NCBI GenBank assembly: GCA_048882505.1
Contig: JBHLRO010000003.1
Location: 90,001-122,000 of the forward strand
Direction: 5' to 3'
From: Candidatus Thorarchaeota archaeon
GTDB taxonomy: Archaea; Asgardarchaeota; Heimdallarchaeia; Hodarchaeales; Hodarchaeaceae
Length of the DNA: 32,000 nt
Below the pieces are notes generated by a model, which saw only the letters and a program-made list of their open reading frames with translations, was not told the DNA's origin and made no database searches. Position numbers and translations under genes: made by a program. Below are positions 1 through 8,373 of the stretch, in pieces; within the stretch, counting starts at the first letter, position 1, and every line of letters starts with the position of its first letter.

Positions 1-2
1 AG

Positions 3-1040
3 AATCCGACCGCCTCGATTTCATCAGAATTTTTCGAAGAACTCGTACGCCGAAGATTTATAGAAGCAAAGGAACGCCAAGAAACCTCCCTTGCCCTGAC
101 CCCCTTGGGTAAGGAGTCTTTGGCAGATTTAGAGATCCAATCTCGGGTTACCAGGCTGTCTCCTGAACTAATTCGATCAGGAAGATGGCGTGACCTGACG
201 TTAAAGAGCTATAACATGTCTGCAGCGCCCAAGTCCGTTGAAACAGGTAGTAAACACCCATATTTGTCGTTTTTGGAGGAGGTGAAAATAAAATTGGTTG
301 GCCTTGGATTTACGGAAATGCGAGGCCCCCCTGTAGAAAGCGAGTTTTGGAATTTCGACGCCCTATTCCAAGCACAAGACCATCCAGCTCGAGAATGGTC
401 TGACGTGTACATAGTAAAGGCACCTTCCCATGGCCGATTACCTAAAGATAAGCAAGTCATTGAAAATGTAAAACGGGCTCATGAAACGGGAGAACCTGTT
501 GGTTCCCGTGGGTGGCGGTATCGTTGGGATCCTTTGAAGTCTGCACGACTAGTACTGCGTCCACAAGGCACCGCTGTAAGTGCAAGAACCTTATACAAGA
601 TGCCTATTCCCTCCAAATATTTCTGCATTGCCAGATGTTATCGTCCGGATTCAGTGGATGCAACGCATCTGTCGGAATTCAATCAGCTTGAGGGAATCTC
701 ATGTGATCCTAGTATCTCACTTCGAGATCTTCTTGGGCTCCTCAAAACATTCGCTATTGAAATTGGGGGCGCCACCGAGGTTCGGTTTAAACCAGATTTT
801 TACCCGTTTACATCTCCCTCCGTTGAACTAAGTGCCAAACATCCAACGTTAGGATACATCGAATTTGGCGGTGCTGGGATTTTTCGTCCGGAGGTAACGG
901 CCCCATTTGGAATCCGTGATCCCGTCATTGCATGGGGTTTGGGAATAGATCGGCTTTTTATGGTAAAAAAAGGAATTGATGACATTCGCGAACTATTCTC
1001 CCAGGATCTCCGGTGGCTTCGCACCGTTCCAATTACGTAG
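3..1040 (+). CDS. pheS: Phenylalanine--tRNA ligase alpha subunit, archaeal type (5' truncated by window edge)
   Basis: The frame is open from base 3 (NPTASISSEFFEELVRRRFIEAKERQETSLALTPLGK...), so the TTG at 105 is internal. Motifs: FWNFDALFQAQDHPARE, class II motif 2 CYRPDSVDATHLSEFNQLEG, YPFTSPS, EFGGAGIFRPE, AWGLGIDRL. Confidence 0.97.
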   Translation, partial: NPTASISSEFFEELVRRRFIEAKERQETSLALTPLGKESLADLEIQSRVTRLSPELIRSGRWRDLTLKSYNMSAAPKSVETGSKHPYLSFLEEVKIKLVGLGFTEMRGPPVESEFWNFDALFQAQDHPAREWSDVYIVKAPSHGRLPKDKQVIENVKRAHETGEPVGSRGWRYRWDPLKSARLVLRPQGTAVSARTLYKMPIPSKYFCIARCYRPDSVDATHLSEFNQLEGISCDPSISLRDLLGLLKTFAIEIGGATEVRFKPDFYPFTSPSVELSAKHPTLGYIEFGGAGIFRPEVTAPFGIRDPVIAWGLGIDRLFMVKKGIDDIRELFSQDLRWLRTVPIT

Positions 1041-1052
1041 AAGGTAGGCAAG

Positions 1053-2768
1053 ATGGTTTCCTTTAAAATTGCATATAGTGATGTTGTGTCAATGCTCCAG
1101 CTATCCGAGACCACTCCAATGGAGGAGCTGGACACCCTTTTTAGCTATTCTAAATGTGAGATAGAGGAGTATGATCTCTCCGACGATTATATCAAAGTTG
1201 ACTGCAAAACTTCCAATCGTCCTGATCTATGGGGTGTTGAAGGGCTCACTCGAGAACTTGCTGGGATTTTAGGTTCGGAAAAAGGCCTTCCGGAACTGAC
1301 CACAAAACCAAGTGGGTTTGTTTTGGAGGTAGATCCATCAATAAAGGAGGTACGTCCTTATATCGCCTGTTCAATTGTACGCGGTATTTCATTTACAGAT
1401 TTCTTGATAAAACAACTAATCCAACTCCAGGAAAAAATAGATTTTTCCTTCGGTCGTAAACGACGTAAGTCATCTATTGGAATCTATAACATAAATCTAG
1501 TAGAGAGTCCTATTTTTTACGGGCTCACGCCACGTACAACGTCCTTTGTACCCCTTGGCTACCATGATGAGATGAATCTTTCTGAAATTTTGCTCAATCA
1601 TGAAAAAGGTATTGAATATGGCCATATACTACCTGAAGAAGGTGATTTGCCAATTCTTCGTGGCGCCAATGGTGTAATATTGTCCCTACCACCGATTATA
1701 AACAGTAACGACGTGGGCCGGGTAAATGAGGAAACTACCGATGTTTTAATCGAGGTTACAGGAACAAACCTTGAAGTCGTTCAGACTGTGACCAATATTG
1801 TAACGCAAGCGCTCAGAGATCGTGGGGGTGAGGTCTATAGTGTTGAAGTCAAGTATCCTCGGAATCACGGTGAAGCCCCCCCGGTAATGATCTCGCCAGC
1901 AACTGTTCCTTTCGAGATTGAGGTTGACCCAAAGGAAATAGCGAGATACTTGGGTCTGAATCTCAAAAAAAAGGATATTAAAGGCCTTCTCCTAAAACGT
2001 CGCCTTGATGTCGCAGAACGGGGGAAATTATTGGTCGTTAAATATCCTCCATACAGAGTGGACATTTTGCATTGGGTTGATGTCGCTGAAGAGGTTGCCA
2101 TCGCTTACGGATATATGCAAATCCCGCCAAAGGATCTGGGATTTACTACAATTGGTAGAATATCACCACGCAGCTCAAGTGAGAATTATGCACGGGAAAT
2201 TCTTAGTTGTTGCGCTCTTCAAGAAATCTTGAGCTTTACGTTAACTTCTCCCGACTACCTCTCCATAAAAATGGGTCATGATGACTCTATTCTGAGCAAA
2301 TGCATTGAGGTAGCAAATCCCGTGAGCCAAACTTATTCGATGATCCGAAATAGACTCCTTCCAGGCTTACTAAGCTTCTTATCACGAAATACACACGTCG
2401 AATATCCACAACAGTTGTTCGAAGTTGGTGAAACAGTGACCCGTACCAAAAACGGGATCGAAACCATTACAAAAGCAGCCGTTGCCCTTGCAGGAGCAGA
2501 AATATCTTTTGAAGATTGTCATAGTATATTAGATACGTTTATGACTCGTCTCGGAGTAAAATACTCGATAATTTCTACCAAGGACTCTGAATTCTTACCT
2601 GGTAGAGCTGCCAAGATCGTTGTTGATGGACAGCAGGCGGGAATAATTGGAGAGATTTCGCCAGATCTCTTGGAAAATTGGCAGATATTCGTACCTACGG
2701 TGTCCTTTGAACTTGATCTATCCGTTTTTAAACCTCTCTCCCTTCCGCCGCTTTTCACATATGAATAA
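1053..2768 (+). CDS. pheT: Phenylalanine--tRNA ligase beta subunit, archaeal/eukaryotic type (571 aa)
   Basis: SNRPDLWGVEG, RPYIACSIVR, GRKRRK, LSLPPIINS, B5 metal motif YRVDILHWVDVAEEVAIAYGY, VANPVS..YSMIRNRLLPGLL. Short archaeal length. Starts 12 nt after pheS. Confidence 0.97.
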   Translation: MVSFKIAYSDVVSMLQLSETTPMEELDTLFSYSKCEIEEYDLSDDYIKVDCKTSNRPDLWGVEGLTRELAGILGSEKGLPELTTKPSGFVLEVDPSIKEVRPYIACSIVRGISFTDFLIKQLIQLQEKIDFSFGRKRRKSSIGIYNINLVESPIFYGLTPRTTSFVPLGYHDEMNLSEILLNHEKGIEYGHILPEEGDLPILRGANGVILSLPPIINSNDVGRVNEETTDVLIEVTGTNLEVVQTVTNIVTQALRDRGGEVYSVEVKYPRNHGEAPPVMISPATVPFEIEVDPKEIARYLGLNLKKKDIKGLLLKRRLDVAERGKLLVVKYPPYRVDILHWVDVAEEVAIAYGYMQIPPKDLGFTTIGRISPRSSSENYAREILSCCALQEILSFTLTSPDYLSIKMGHDDSILSKCIEVANPVSQTYSMIRNRLLPGLLSFLSRNTHVEYPQQLFEVGETVTRTKNGIETITKAAVALAGAEISFEDCHSILDTFMTRLGVKYSIISTKDSEFLPGRAAKIVVDGQQAGIIGEISPDLLENWQIFVPTVSFELDLSVFKPLSLPPLFTYE

Positions 2769-2796
2769 GTGACTAATGACGTCTTGATTGAATTAG

Positions 2797-3483
2797 GTGT
2801 ATTTTTTGGATTCCCTTCATGGTTTAAATCAAGTGGAGATCATTATATTTGATTTTGACGGGACACTTCATCGCAGCGAGGTTTTGAGTCTAAAGATATT
2901 TCAGGAATGTTTGGAGCGCATCAATAAAACTCATCATCTATTTGTACGAAGACCCTCTAATGAGGAGATCATTTCACAGTTTGGGAAACAAGCATCTGAA
3001 ATATATCCTGACATTCTATCCACGTCAGACTCTGATATTATTGGTGAATTTGCAGGTTGTGTCGAGAGTGCAGAAATACAGGCATTCAATTCGGGAAAGG
3101 GAGAATTATATCCGCGTGTATTGGAAACCTTGGCTAAACTGAAAAAGCGAGGTTACAGATTGGCAATGTGTACTAATGGCCGAATTGATTACATTGAGGC
3201 CGCACTGTCTCGTTTCAACCTCTCATCCTATTTTGAAGAAATATTTGCGGCTGGATACTACCCTGGGAAAAATAAGGATTGGATGGTAAAGGAAATACTC
3301 AAAAGATTCGACCTAAAGAATTCAGGATTCGTGGTTGTTGGAGATCGAATCCATGACATTCAGGCAGCCAAAGTTAACGGGGGAATTTCAATTGGCTGCT
3401 CCTTTGGTTTTGGACATAATGAAGTAAGAGAAGCAGACTTGATCATTTCCACCTTTTCTGAACTCTTGGAGCTTTTCAAATAA
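2797..3483 (+). CDS. HAD-family hydrolase (phosphoglycolate-phosphatase-like)
   Basis: Motif I IFDFDGTL, motif II CTNG, motif III Lys (KNKD), motif IV VGDRIHD. Start codon uncertain (GTG 2797 or slightly downstream). Confidence 0.9.
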   Translation: MYFLDSLHGLNQVEIIIFDFDGTLHRSEVLSLKIFQECLERINKTHHLFVRRPSNEEIISQFGKQASEIYPDILSTSDSDIIGEFAGCVESAEIQAFNSGKGELYPRVLETLAKLKKRGYRLAMCTNGRIDYIEAALSRFNLSSYFEEIFAAGYYPGKNKDWMVKEILKRFDLKNSGFVVVGDRIHDIQAAKVNGGISIGCSFGFGHNEVREADLIISTFSELLELFK

Positions 3484-3618
3484 CATTACTATACTCTAAT
3501 AAACCTGGAAGGGATATATGCCAAGTAATAGCAGATTTTCCTAATGTCAAGCAGGACGCTTCTTTCTCTTACCAACAACCCTTGGTTTATAATTGGGATA
3601 CAGAAATCCATTCATGCC

Positions 3619-4131
3619 ATGGTTTTCTCATTAAAAGATACATTGGATATATTATCACGAACCTCTTCTATACTTAGGAATTTATTGGAAAATCTAGATG
3701 TCCAGTGGCTGAACTTCCGCAAACATGATGCAGCCTTCTCCCCAAAGGATGTAATTGGGCACCTTATATTGGGTGAAAAATACGACTGGATACCAAGAAT
3801 GAGATTAATGTTAGATAATGATCCCCCAAAAAAATTTCTTCCTTTTGAACGTACAGGGTTTGATACAACTTTAGGATTGGAAGACTCTTTATCACAATTT
3901 GAAACATTAAGAGTTGCTAATCTGGAAATTTTGCAGAAAGAAGCGGGAGATAATGATCTCCTGAGAACTGGAATTCATCCCGAACTTGGTGAGGTGACTT
4001 TAGAACAGCATTTGGCAACGTGGGTTGTTCACGACTATACCCATATTTTTCAGATCATTGAGACGTTGGCACTCCGATACAAACAGGTTGTAGGACCTTG
4101 GATCGAATACTTAAGGATTTTACAGTTATAA
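3619..4131 (+). CDS. DinB/YfiT-like four-helix-bundle metalloprotein
   Basis: FSPKDVIGHL, HPELGEVTL and WVVHDYTHIFQI (HxxxH) match the DinB_2 pattern. ATG 3619 is preferred over the ORF-track start at 3544. Confidence 0.85.
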   Translation: MVFSLKDTLDILSRTSSILRNLLENLDVQWLNFRKHDAAFSPKDVIGHLILGEKYDWIPRMRLMLDNDPPKKFLPFERTGFDTTLGLEDSLSQFETLRVANLEILQKEAGDNDLLRTGIHPELGEVTLEQHLATWVVHDYTHIFQIIETLALRYKQVVGPWIEYLRILQL

Positions 4132-4227
4132 AGGAATAAATCAATGGTTAAAAAACATTAATCACGTATTGATACCGCCTAGCTTCCTTTCCTTCTCAAT
4201 GGGCGTTAGAACCAAATTAGTTCGGGG

Positions 4228-4250
4228 AATTTCACCTGGGGATGAAATTA
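4228..4250. promoter_or_regulatory. Candidate operator site 1: AATTTCA-N8-TGAAATT inverted repeat containing GGATGAAATTA
   Basis: AATTTCA (4228-4234) and TGAAATT (4243-4249) are exact reverse complements. The 11-mer GGATGAAATTA recurs at 4352-4362 (+) and 4912-4922 (-). Confidence 0.4.
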
Positions 4251-4350
4251 CTGCGCTATTGAATCCTTGCTTTTATTCCCTCCAAAGAACCAAGCTATAA
4301 TGTAATTCAAAAATAAGACGATGTTTTTAAAAATGCGCCGGGACATGTAA

Positions 4351-4362
4351 GGGATGAAATTA
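4351..4362 (+). repeat. Second copy of GGGATGAAATTA (12-bp direct repeat of 4239-4250), upstream of SCP2
   Basis: Exact 12-nt match to 4239-4250. Half-site only. Confidence 0.45.
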
Positions 4363-4436
4363 TCAAAATGTTTACTCCTATCACAGAGTGAACCAACAGA
4401 TTTTTTCTATACTATCTAAGTAAAGTGTGATTAAAT

Positions 4437-4781
4437 ATGGGCATTGGTAAAGATACGGTAATTGAGTTTGTGAATTCAATAAATAACAGTGAAGAAATTC
4501 GTGGGATGCTCAAAAATTGGGAGAAAGTTGCTATGTATAAATTGGATGGTGAAGACGGTCCTTTTCATGTCCTCCATAAGGCAGATGGATCAGCTGAATT
4601 TGTCGAAGGTTCACATGAAAAACCCAGTTTTACCATAGTAGGACCTGGCCAAATTTGGGCTGATATTGCTGCAGGAAAAGAGGATGCGCAAAAAGCCTTT
4701 TTTGCAAAGAAATACAAAATCGAAGGGGACGTAATGGGGACAATGAAGCTCTTGCCTGTAATCAAAAAACTACAGAGTTAA
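4437..4781 (+). CDS. SCP2 sterol/lipid-binding domain protein
   Basis: 114 aa with the typical SCP2 ending WADIAAGKEDAQKAFFAKKYKIEGDVMGTMKL. Lies upstream of the beta-oxidation genes. Confidence 0.9.
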   Translation: MGIGKDTVIEFVNSINNSEEIRGMLKNWEKVAMYKLDGEDGPFHVLHKADGSAEFVEGSHEKPSFTIVGPGQIWADIAAGKEDAQKAFFAKKYKIEGDVMGTMKLLPVIKKLQS

Positions 4782-4814
4782 GCCAGTTCTGAAGGAACGG
4801 TTTCACTCCAAATC

Positions 4815-4830
4815 TTTTTTTGTTTTATTT
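4815..4830 (+). terminator. Oligo-T tract, probable archaeal terminator of SCP2
   Basis: TTTTTTTGTTTTATTT 34 nt after the stop codon. Confidence 0.5.
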
Positions 4831-4911
4831 GCCAATCTATACTTTTTTGGCCGCACGAACAGATTGGCCATGATAGCAGGAAATCCAGTCAGAGAAAACC
4901 TCGGGCAATTT

Positions 4912-4933
4912 TAATTTCATCCATTCTGAAATA
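4912..4933. promoter_or_regulatory. Candidate operator site 3: AATTTCA-N7-TGAAATA, with GGATGAAATTA on the minus strand
   Basis: TAATTTCATCC (4912-4922) is the reverse complement of GGATGAAATTA. Second arm TGAAATA at 4927-4933. About 200 nt upstream of the thiolase gene. Confidence 0.4.
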
Positions 4934-5115
4934 ATCACAATATAGCCCCAATTAAGTCATCCTCCAATTTAGGGCACAAGTTTTTATAATCTAATTCGTT
5001 AAGGTACTTCAAAGTTTAATATTGAAAGCGTAAATGCTTTTTTCTTTATATAAACTCCAAAAGTACGTCTTCTAGGCAAACGAATGCAGAACCAAAGTTT
5101 TAGATGAATTAGAAT

Positions 5116-5121
5116 AGGTGA
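5116..5121 (+). promoter_or_regulatory. Shine-Dalgarno site AGGTGA of thiolase
   Basis: AGGTGA 6 nt before ATG 5128. Confidence 0.7.
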
Positions 5122-5127
5122 CATTAT

Positions 5128-6315
5128 ATGAAAGAAGTAGTAATTGCAGATTATCTGCGTACACCGTTTTCACGCTCACGACCAAATCAACCTGAACGAG
5201 ATAAACTCAACTCATTTCGTATGGATCAAATGGCAGGCAATTTGATCAAAACTATGGTCGAACGAAAGGGTGTCAATCCAAAGGAGATCGGTGACGTATT
5301 AATAGGCTGTGCTTTACAAGTAGGAGAACAATGGCTATACGGAGGCCGCGCCATAGTGGCCATGGCAGAATTACCAGAGACAGTGACAGCTCAAAGTATC
5401 GATCGTCAATGTGGCTCTTCTATGAATACAATTCACACGGGAGCCATGCAGATAATGACGGGATATTCCGATATCGTGATTTCTGCGGGACTTGAACATA
5501 TGACGCACGTTCCAATGGCCAATAATCCCCACATGGATCCTCCAATGTTCTTGGCAAGTGAAGATAAGTATGATCATTATGATTTTGCAACCGGTTTTGT
5601 TATGGGATTTACCGCGGAAAAGCTCTTTGAAAGAGCCGCTAAAAAGTTTGGATTAACGCGAGAGGATCTCGACCGGTATAGTCTTGAATCCCATGAGTTC
5701 GCAGCGAAAGCGCAAGACGAGGGATTCTTTAAAGACGAAATTTTGCCAATAAAAGTGAACGGGGAGATGTTCGACTTAGATGCCAGCGTCAGACGAGGGG
5801 GAACCATGGACGCAATGCAAAGCCTTAGTCCCGTATTTGATTTCGAAGGGGTGGTAACGGCGGGAAACTCCTCTCCATTAAATGCGGGGGCCTCAGCCAT
5901 GATTCTCATGTCAAAAGAAAAGGCTAAGGAGTATGGAATTGAGCCTCTTGCAACCATAAAATCTATGGGTTGGGCAGGCGTCAATCCTGGAATTATGGGA
6001 CATGGACCTGTGCCTGCAAGTCAAAAAGCAGTAGAAAATGCGGGCTTACGAATCTCGGATATAGACTATTGGGAAATCAATGAAGCATTTGCGGTTGTAG
6101 CTCTTAACGCCATCAAAGAATTGAACCTAGATAGAAACAGGGTTAACGTGAAAGGAGGAGCTATTGCCTTAGGTCATCCTCTCGGTGCTACGGGAACACG
6201 TATTGTGGGAACTTTAGCTCGGATTCTTCATTGGGAGGATGGTCAATATGGCCTGTCGACTGCATGCATCGGTGGAGGACAAGGAATAGCTACGGTTATC
6301 GAAAAAGGTAGCTGA
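5128..6315 (+). CDS. Acetyl-CoA C-acyltransferase (thiolase)
   Basis: Catalytic motifs DRQCGSS, NEAFA, GHPLGATG and CIGGGQG are all present. Confidence 0.96.
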   Translation: MKEVVIADYLRTPFSRSRPNQPERDKLNSFRMDQMAGNLIKTMVERKGVNPKEIGDVLIGCALQVGEQWLYGGRAIVAMAELPETVTAQSIDRQCGSSMNTIHTGAMQIMTGYSDIVISAGLEHMTHVPMANNPHMDPPMFLASEDKYDHYDFATGFVMGFTAEKLFERAAKKFGLTREDLDRYSLESHEFAAKAQDEGFFKDEILPIKVNGEMFDLDASVRRGGTMDAMQSLSPVFDFEGVVTAGNSSPLNAGASAMILMSKEKAKEYGIEPLATIKSMGWAGVNPGIMGHGPVPASQKAVENAGLRISDIDYWEINEAFAVVALNAIKELNLDRNRVNVKGGAIALGHPLGATGTRIVGTLARILHWEDGQYGLSTACIGGGQGIATVIEKGS

Positions 6316-6372
6316 TAATTTTCTTGGTTTGCGCGTGTAGGAAAAATCAAAGTACAATTAGAGGTGAAAAAA

Positions 6373-8349
6373 ATGAATGTTGACGATATTAAGACTGTAG
6401 CAGTTGTTGGCGCGGGTGATATGGGTCACGGAATCGGCCAGGCCGCGCTAATGGCGGGCTTTAAAGTCAATTTATATGATATCGCAGACGAATTCGTTGA
6501 AAAAGGGAAATCACGAATTGATTGGAGTCTCAACAAGTTTGAGGAAAAAGGAAGAATCGCAAAAGGCGATCGAGACAAATTTATGGGAAACCTAAAAATA
6601 ACTATAGATCTGGAAGAGGCGGTCAGTGATGCAGAATTGGTTATCGAAGCAGCGCCTGAAAATCTCGAGCTTAAGAAGAAAATATTCGGAAATTTAGATA
6701 AGTTCGCGCCAAAGAGTGCCATTCTAGCTTCTAATACTTCCAATATGAGTATCAATGAACTCGGAGCAGCCACGAGCCGACCTGAGAAGGTGGTTGGGAT
6801 GCACTATTTCAATCCCGTAGTTCTAATGAATTTAATCGAAATAACTCGTGGTGAGAAGACTTCTGATGAAACGGTCGCTATACTTGTTGACGTTACAAAG
6901 AAGATGAAGAAAACTTCTATTATTTGCAAGAAGGATAGTCCCGGATTTATTGTAAATCGAATTGGAGCTCCAACCAGTCTATACCTGCAATTGTTGATTG
7001 ATCGTGGCGAATACACCGTTGAACAGATAGATTCTGCGGCAAACCAGATGGGTTTACCCATGGGAGTTTTCCTGATGCTCGATAATTCAGGAGTAGACAT
7101 TGGATATCATTCCATGAAATACTGGGCGGAACGCCTCCATCCGGATTATAAACCAACACCCACTCTAGAAAAAATGATTGAGGAAAACAAACTAGGGAAA
7201 AAAACAGGAGAAGGGTATTACAAGTGGCCTGAGGTTGGAAGGCCGACGATCGACACATCCGTTGAGTCAGATTTTGATCTAATGAATCTAATTAAGATCC
7301 AAATCAATGAAGCATCAAAAATTCTGGAAGAAGGACTTTGCTCTGCGGACGAAATAGATACGGGGATGAAACTGGGAATGAGTGCTTTTGGTCCTATAGA
7401 AATGGCCGAAGGACAGGATTTCAAAGAGTTGACAGAGTTCTTGGACGGTTTGGCGGAAAAATTTGGTACTGAAGTCTTTAAGGCTCATAAATATATTCGT
7501 GAAGGAACTTTGTTGGATATTGCAAAGGGTACGACGGCCAAACAAGAGAAGAAAGAAGATGAATTTGAAACCATCCGTCTCGATCGGGATCCAGACAACT
7601 TTGTTACGACGATCTGGTTTGCTAGACCTTACCCAAACTTGATTAATGAACAAGTTTTAGATGATCTATCCGCAGCCCTGGATTTACTTTGGAACGATAA
7701 TAAAACACGAGTTATCGTGATTCGTGGTGAAAATCGTGTCTTTTCTGCAGGATTTGAACTTGATATTTCGAAATTCCTTGACGCAGACTCGTGGTTTGTC
7801 GTTAACATGGTTAGAAAAGGGCAATATACCTTTAAGAAATTGAGAGATATCCCGAAGGTCGTCATTGCTGCCATGCAGAAATATTGTTTTGCAGGCGGTT
7901 TAGAGCTAGCTATGAGTTGTGATCTAAGAATTGCTTCTGAGAAAACCAAGATGGGATTAACAGAGGTCGGCCTTGGAATTATCCCAGGATGGGGAGGCAC
8001 CCAGAACCTACGCCGACACATTGGCTTGGGTCGAACGATGGAAATGATATTAACTGCGAAACGAATAGATGCAGAAGAGGCAGAAGAAATCGGACTCATT
8101 AATAAGGAAGTCGACGAGGAAGATTTCGAAGAATATGTCGATAAATATGCGAAAAAAGTGGCCAAATTGAGTGCCCCTATTTCAGTTGGGATAGCAAAGC
8201 GGTTAGTTAACCAAGCAGCAGAAGTTCCGATCGATATAGGACTTCAAATGGAATCACTAGGGGCTGGAATCGCATTCTTGACCGAAGATGCGAAAGAGGG
8301 AGTTATGTCAATGTTCCAGAAAAAGGAACCCGAGTTCCAAGGAAAATAA
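6373..8349 (+). CDS. Bifunctional 3-hydroxyacyl-CoA dehydrogenase / enoyl-CoA hydratase (archaeal order: HAD N-terminal, ECH C-terminal)
   Basis: GAGDMGHGI Rossmann motif, ASNTS, GMHYFNP, PGFIVNR. Crotonase part FSAGFEL, AGGLELAMSCD, GLTEVGLGIIPGWGGTQ with both catalytic Glu. SD GAGGTG (6361-6366) favours ATG 6373. Confidence 0.95.
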   Translation: MNVDDIKTVAVVGAGDMGHGIGQAALMAGFKVNLYDIADEFVEKGKSRIDWSLNKFEEKGRIAKGDRDKFMGNLKITIDLEEAVSDAELVIEAAPENLELKKKIFGNLDKFAPKSAILASNTSNMSINELGAATSRPEKVVGMHYFNPVVLMNLIEITRGEKTSDETVAILVDVTKKMKKTSIICKKDSPGFIVNRIGAPTSLYLQLLIDRGEYTVEQIDSAANQMGLPMGVFLMLDNSGVDIGYHSMKYWAERLHPDYKPTPTLEKMIEENKLGKKTGEGYYKWPEVGRPTIDTSVESDFDLMNLIKIQINEASKILEEGLCSADEIDTGMKLGMSAFGPIEMAEGQDFKELTEFLDGLAEKFGTEVFKAHKYIREGTLLDIAKGTTAKQEKKEDEFETIRLDRDPDNFVTTIWFARPYPNLINEQVLDDLSAALDLLWNDNKTRVIVIRGENRVFSAGFELDISKFLDADSWFVVNMVRKGQYTFKKLRDIPKVVIAAMQKYCFAGGLELAMSCDLRIASEKTKMGLTEVGLGIIPGWGGTQNLRRHIGLGRTMEMILTAKRIDAEEAEEIGLINKEVDEEDFEEYVDKYAKKVAKLSAPISVGIAKRLVNQAAEVPIDIGLQMESLGAGIAFLTEDAKEGVMSMFQKKEPEFQGK

Positions 8350-8352
8350 CTA

Positions 8353-8373
8353 TTTTTTCCTTTTTCTTTTTTT
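8353..8373 (+). terminator. T-rich tract terminating the thiolase-HAD/ECH unit
   Basis: TTTTTTCCTTTTTCTTTTTTT directly after the stop, between convergent genes. Confidence 0.65.

Noticed and set aside
798-821. PheS substrate loop FYPFTSPS instead of YFPFTEPS
   Set aside because: YPFT variants are, to my recollection, present in other archaeal PheS. The single Glu-to-Ser change is odd, but the other pocket motifs are intact, so altered specificity is unsupported.
1428-1490. PheT editing-domain QEKID/GIYN instead of QEKLH/GxHD
   Set aside because: These positions vary among archaeal PheT, and PPIINS and EVTG are kept.
2797-3483. HAD phosphatase as the third piece of a split ACAD10 (HAD-kinase-ACAD)
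   Set aside because: It is 15 kb from the kinase/ACAD pair, follows pheT, and looks like a generic PGPase-type HAD.
4162-4320. Minus-strand open stretch (KQGFNSAVISSPGEIPRTNLVLTPIEKERK) as a gene remnant
   Set aside because: It has no start codon and a stop upstream. The resemblance to the nitrilase tail (TPEKER) is too short to be meaningful.
4831-4868. GCCAATCT/AGATTGGC inverted repeat
   Set aside because: An 8-bp stem with a 22-nt loop and no recurrence. The adjacent T-tract already explains termination.
5045-5052. TTTATATA as TATA box of thiolase
   Set aside because: There is no purine-rich BRE upstream and several competing AT-rich candidates (e.g. 4981-4988). It cannot be assigned without TSS data.
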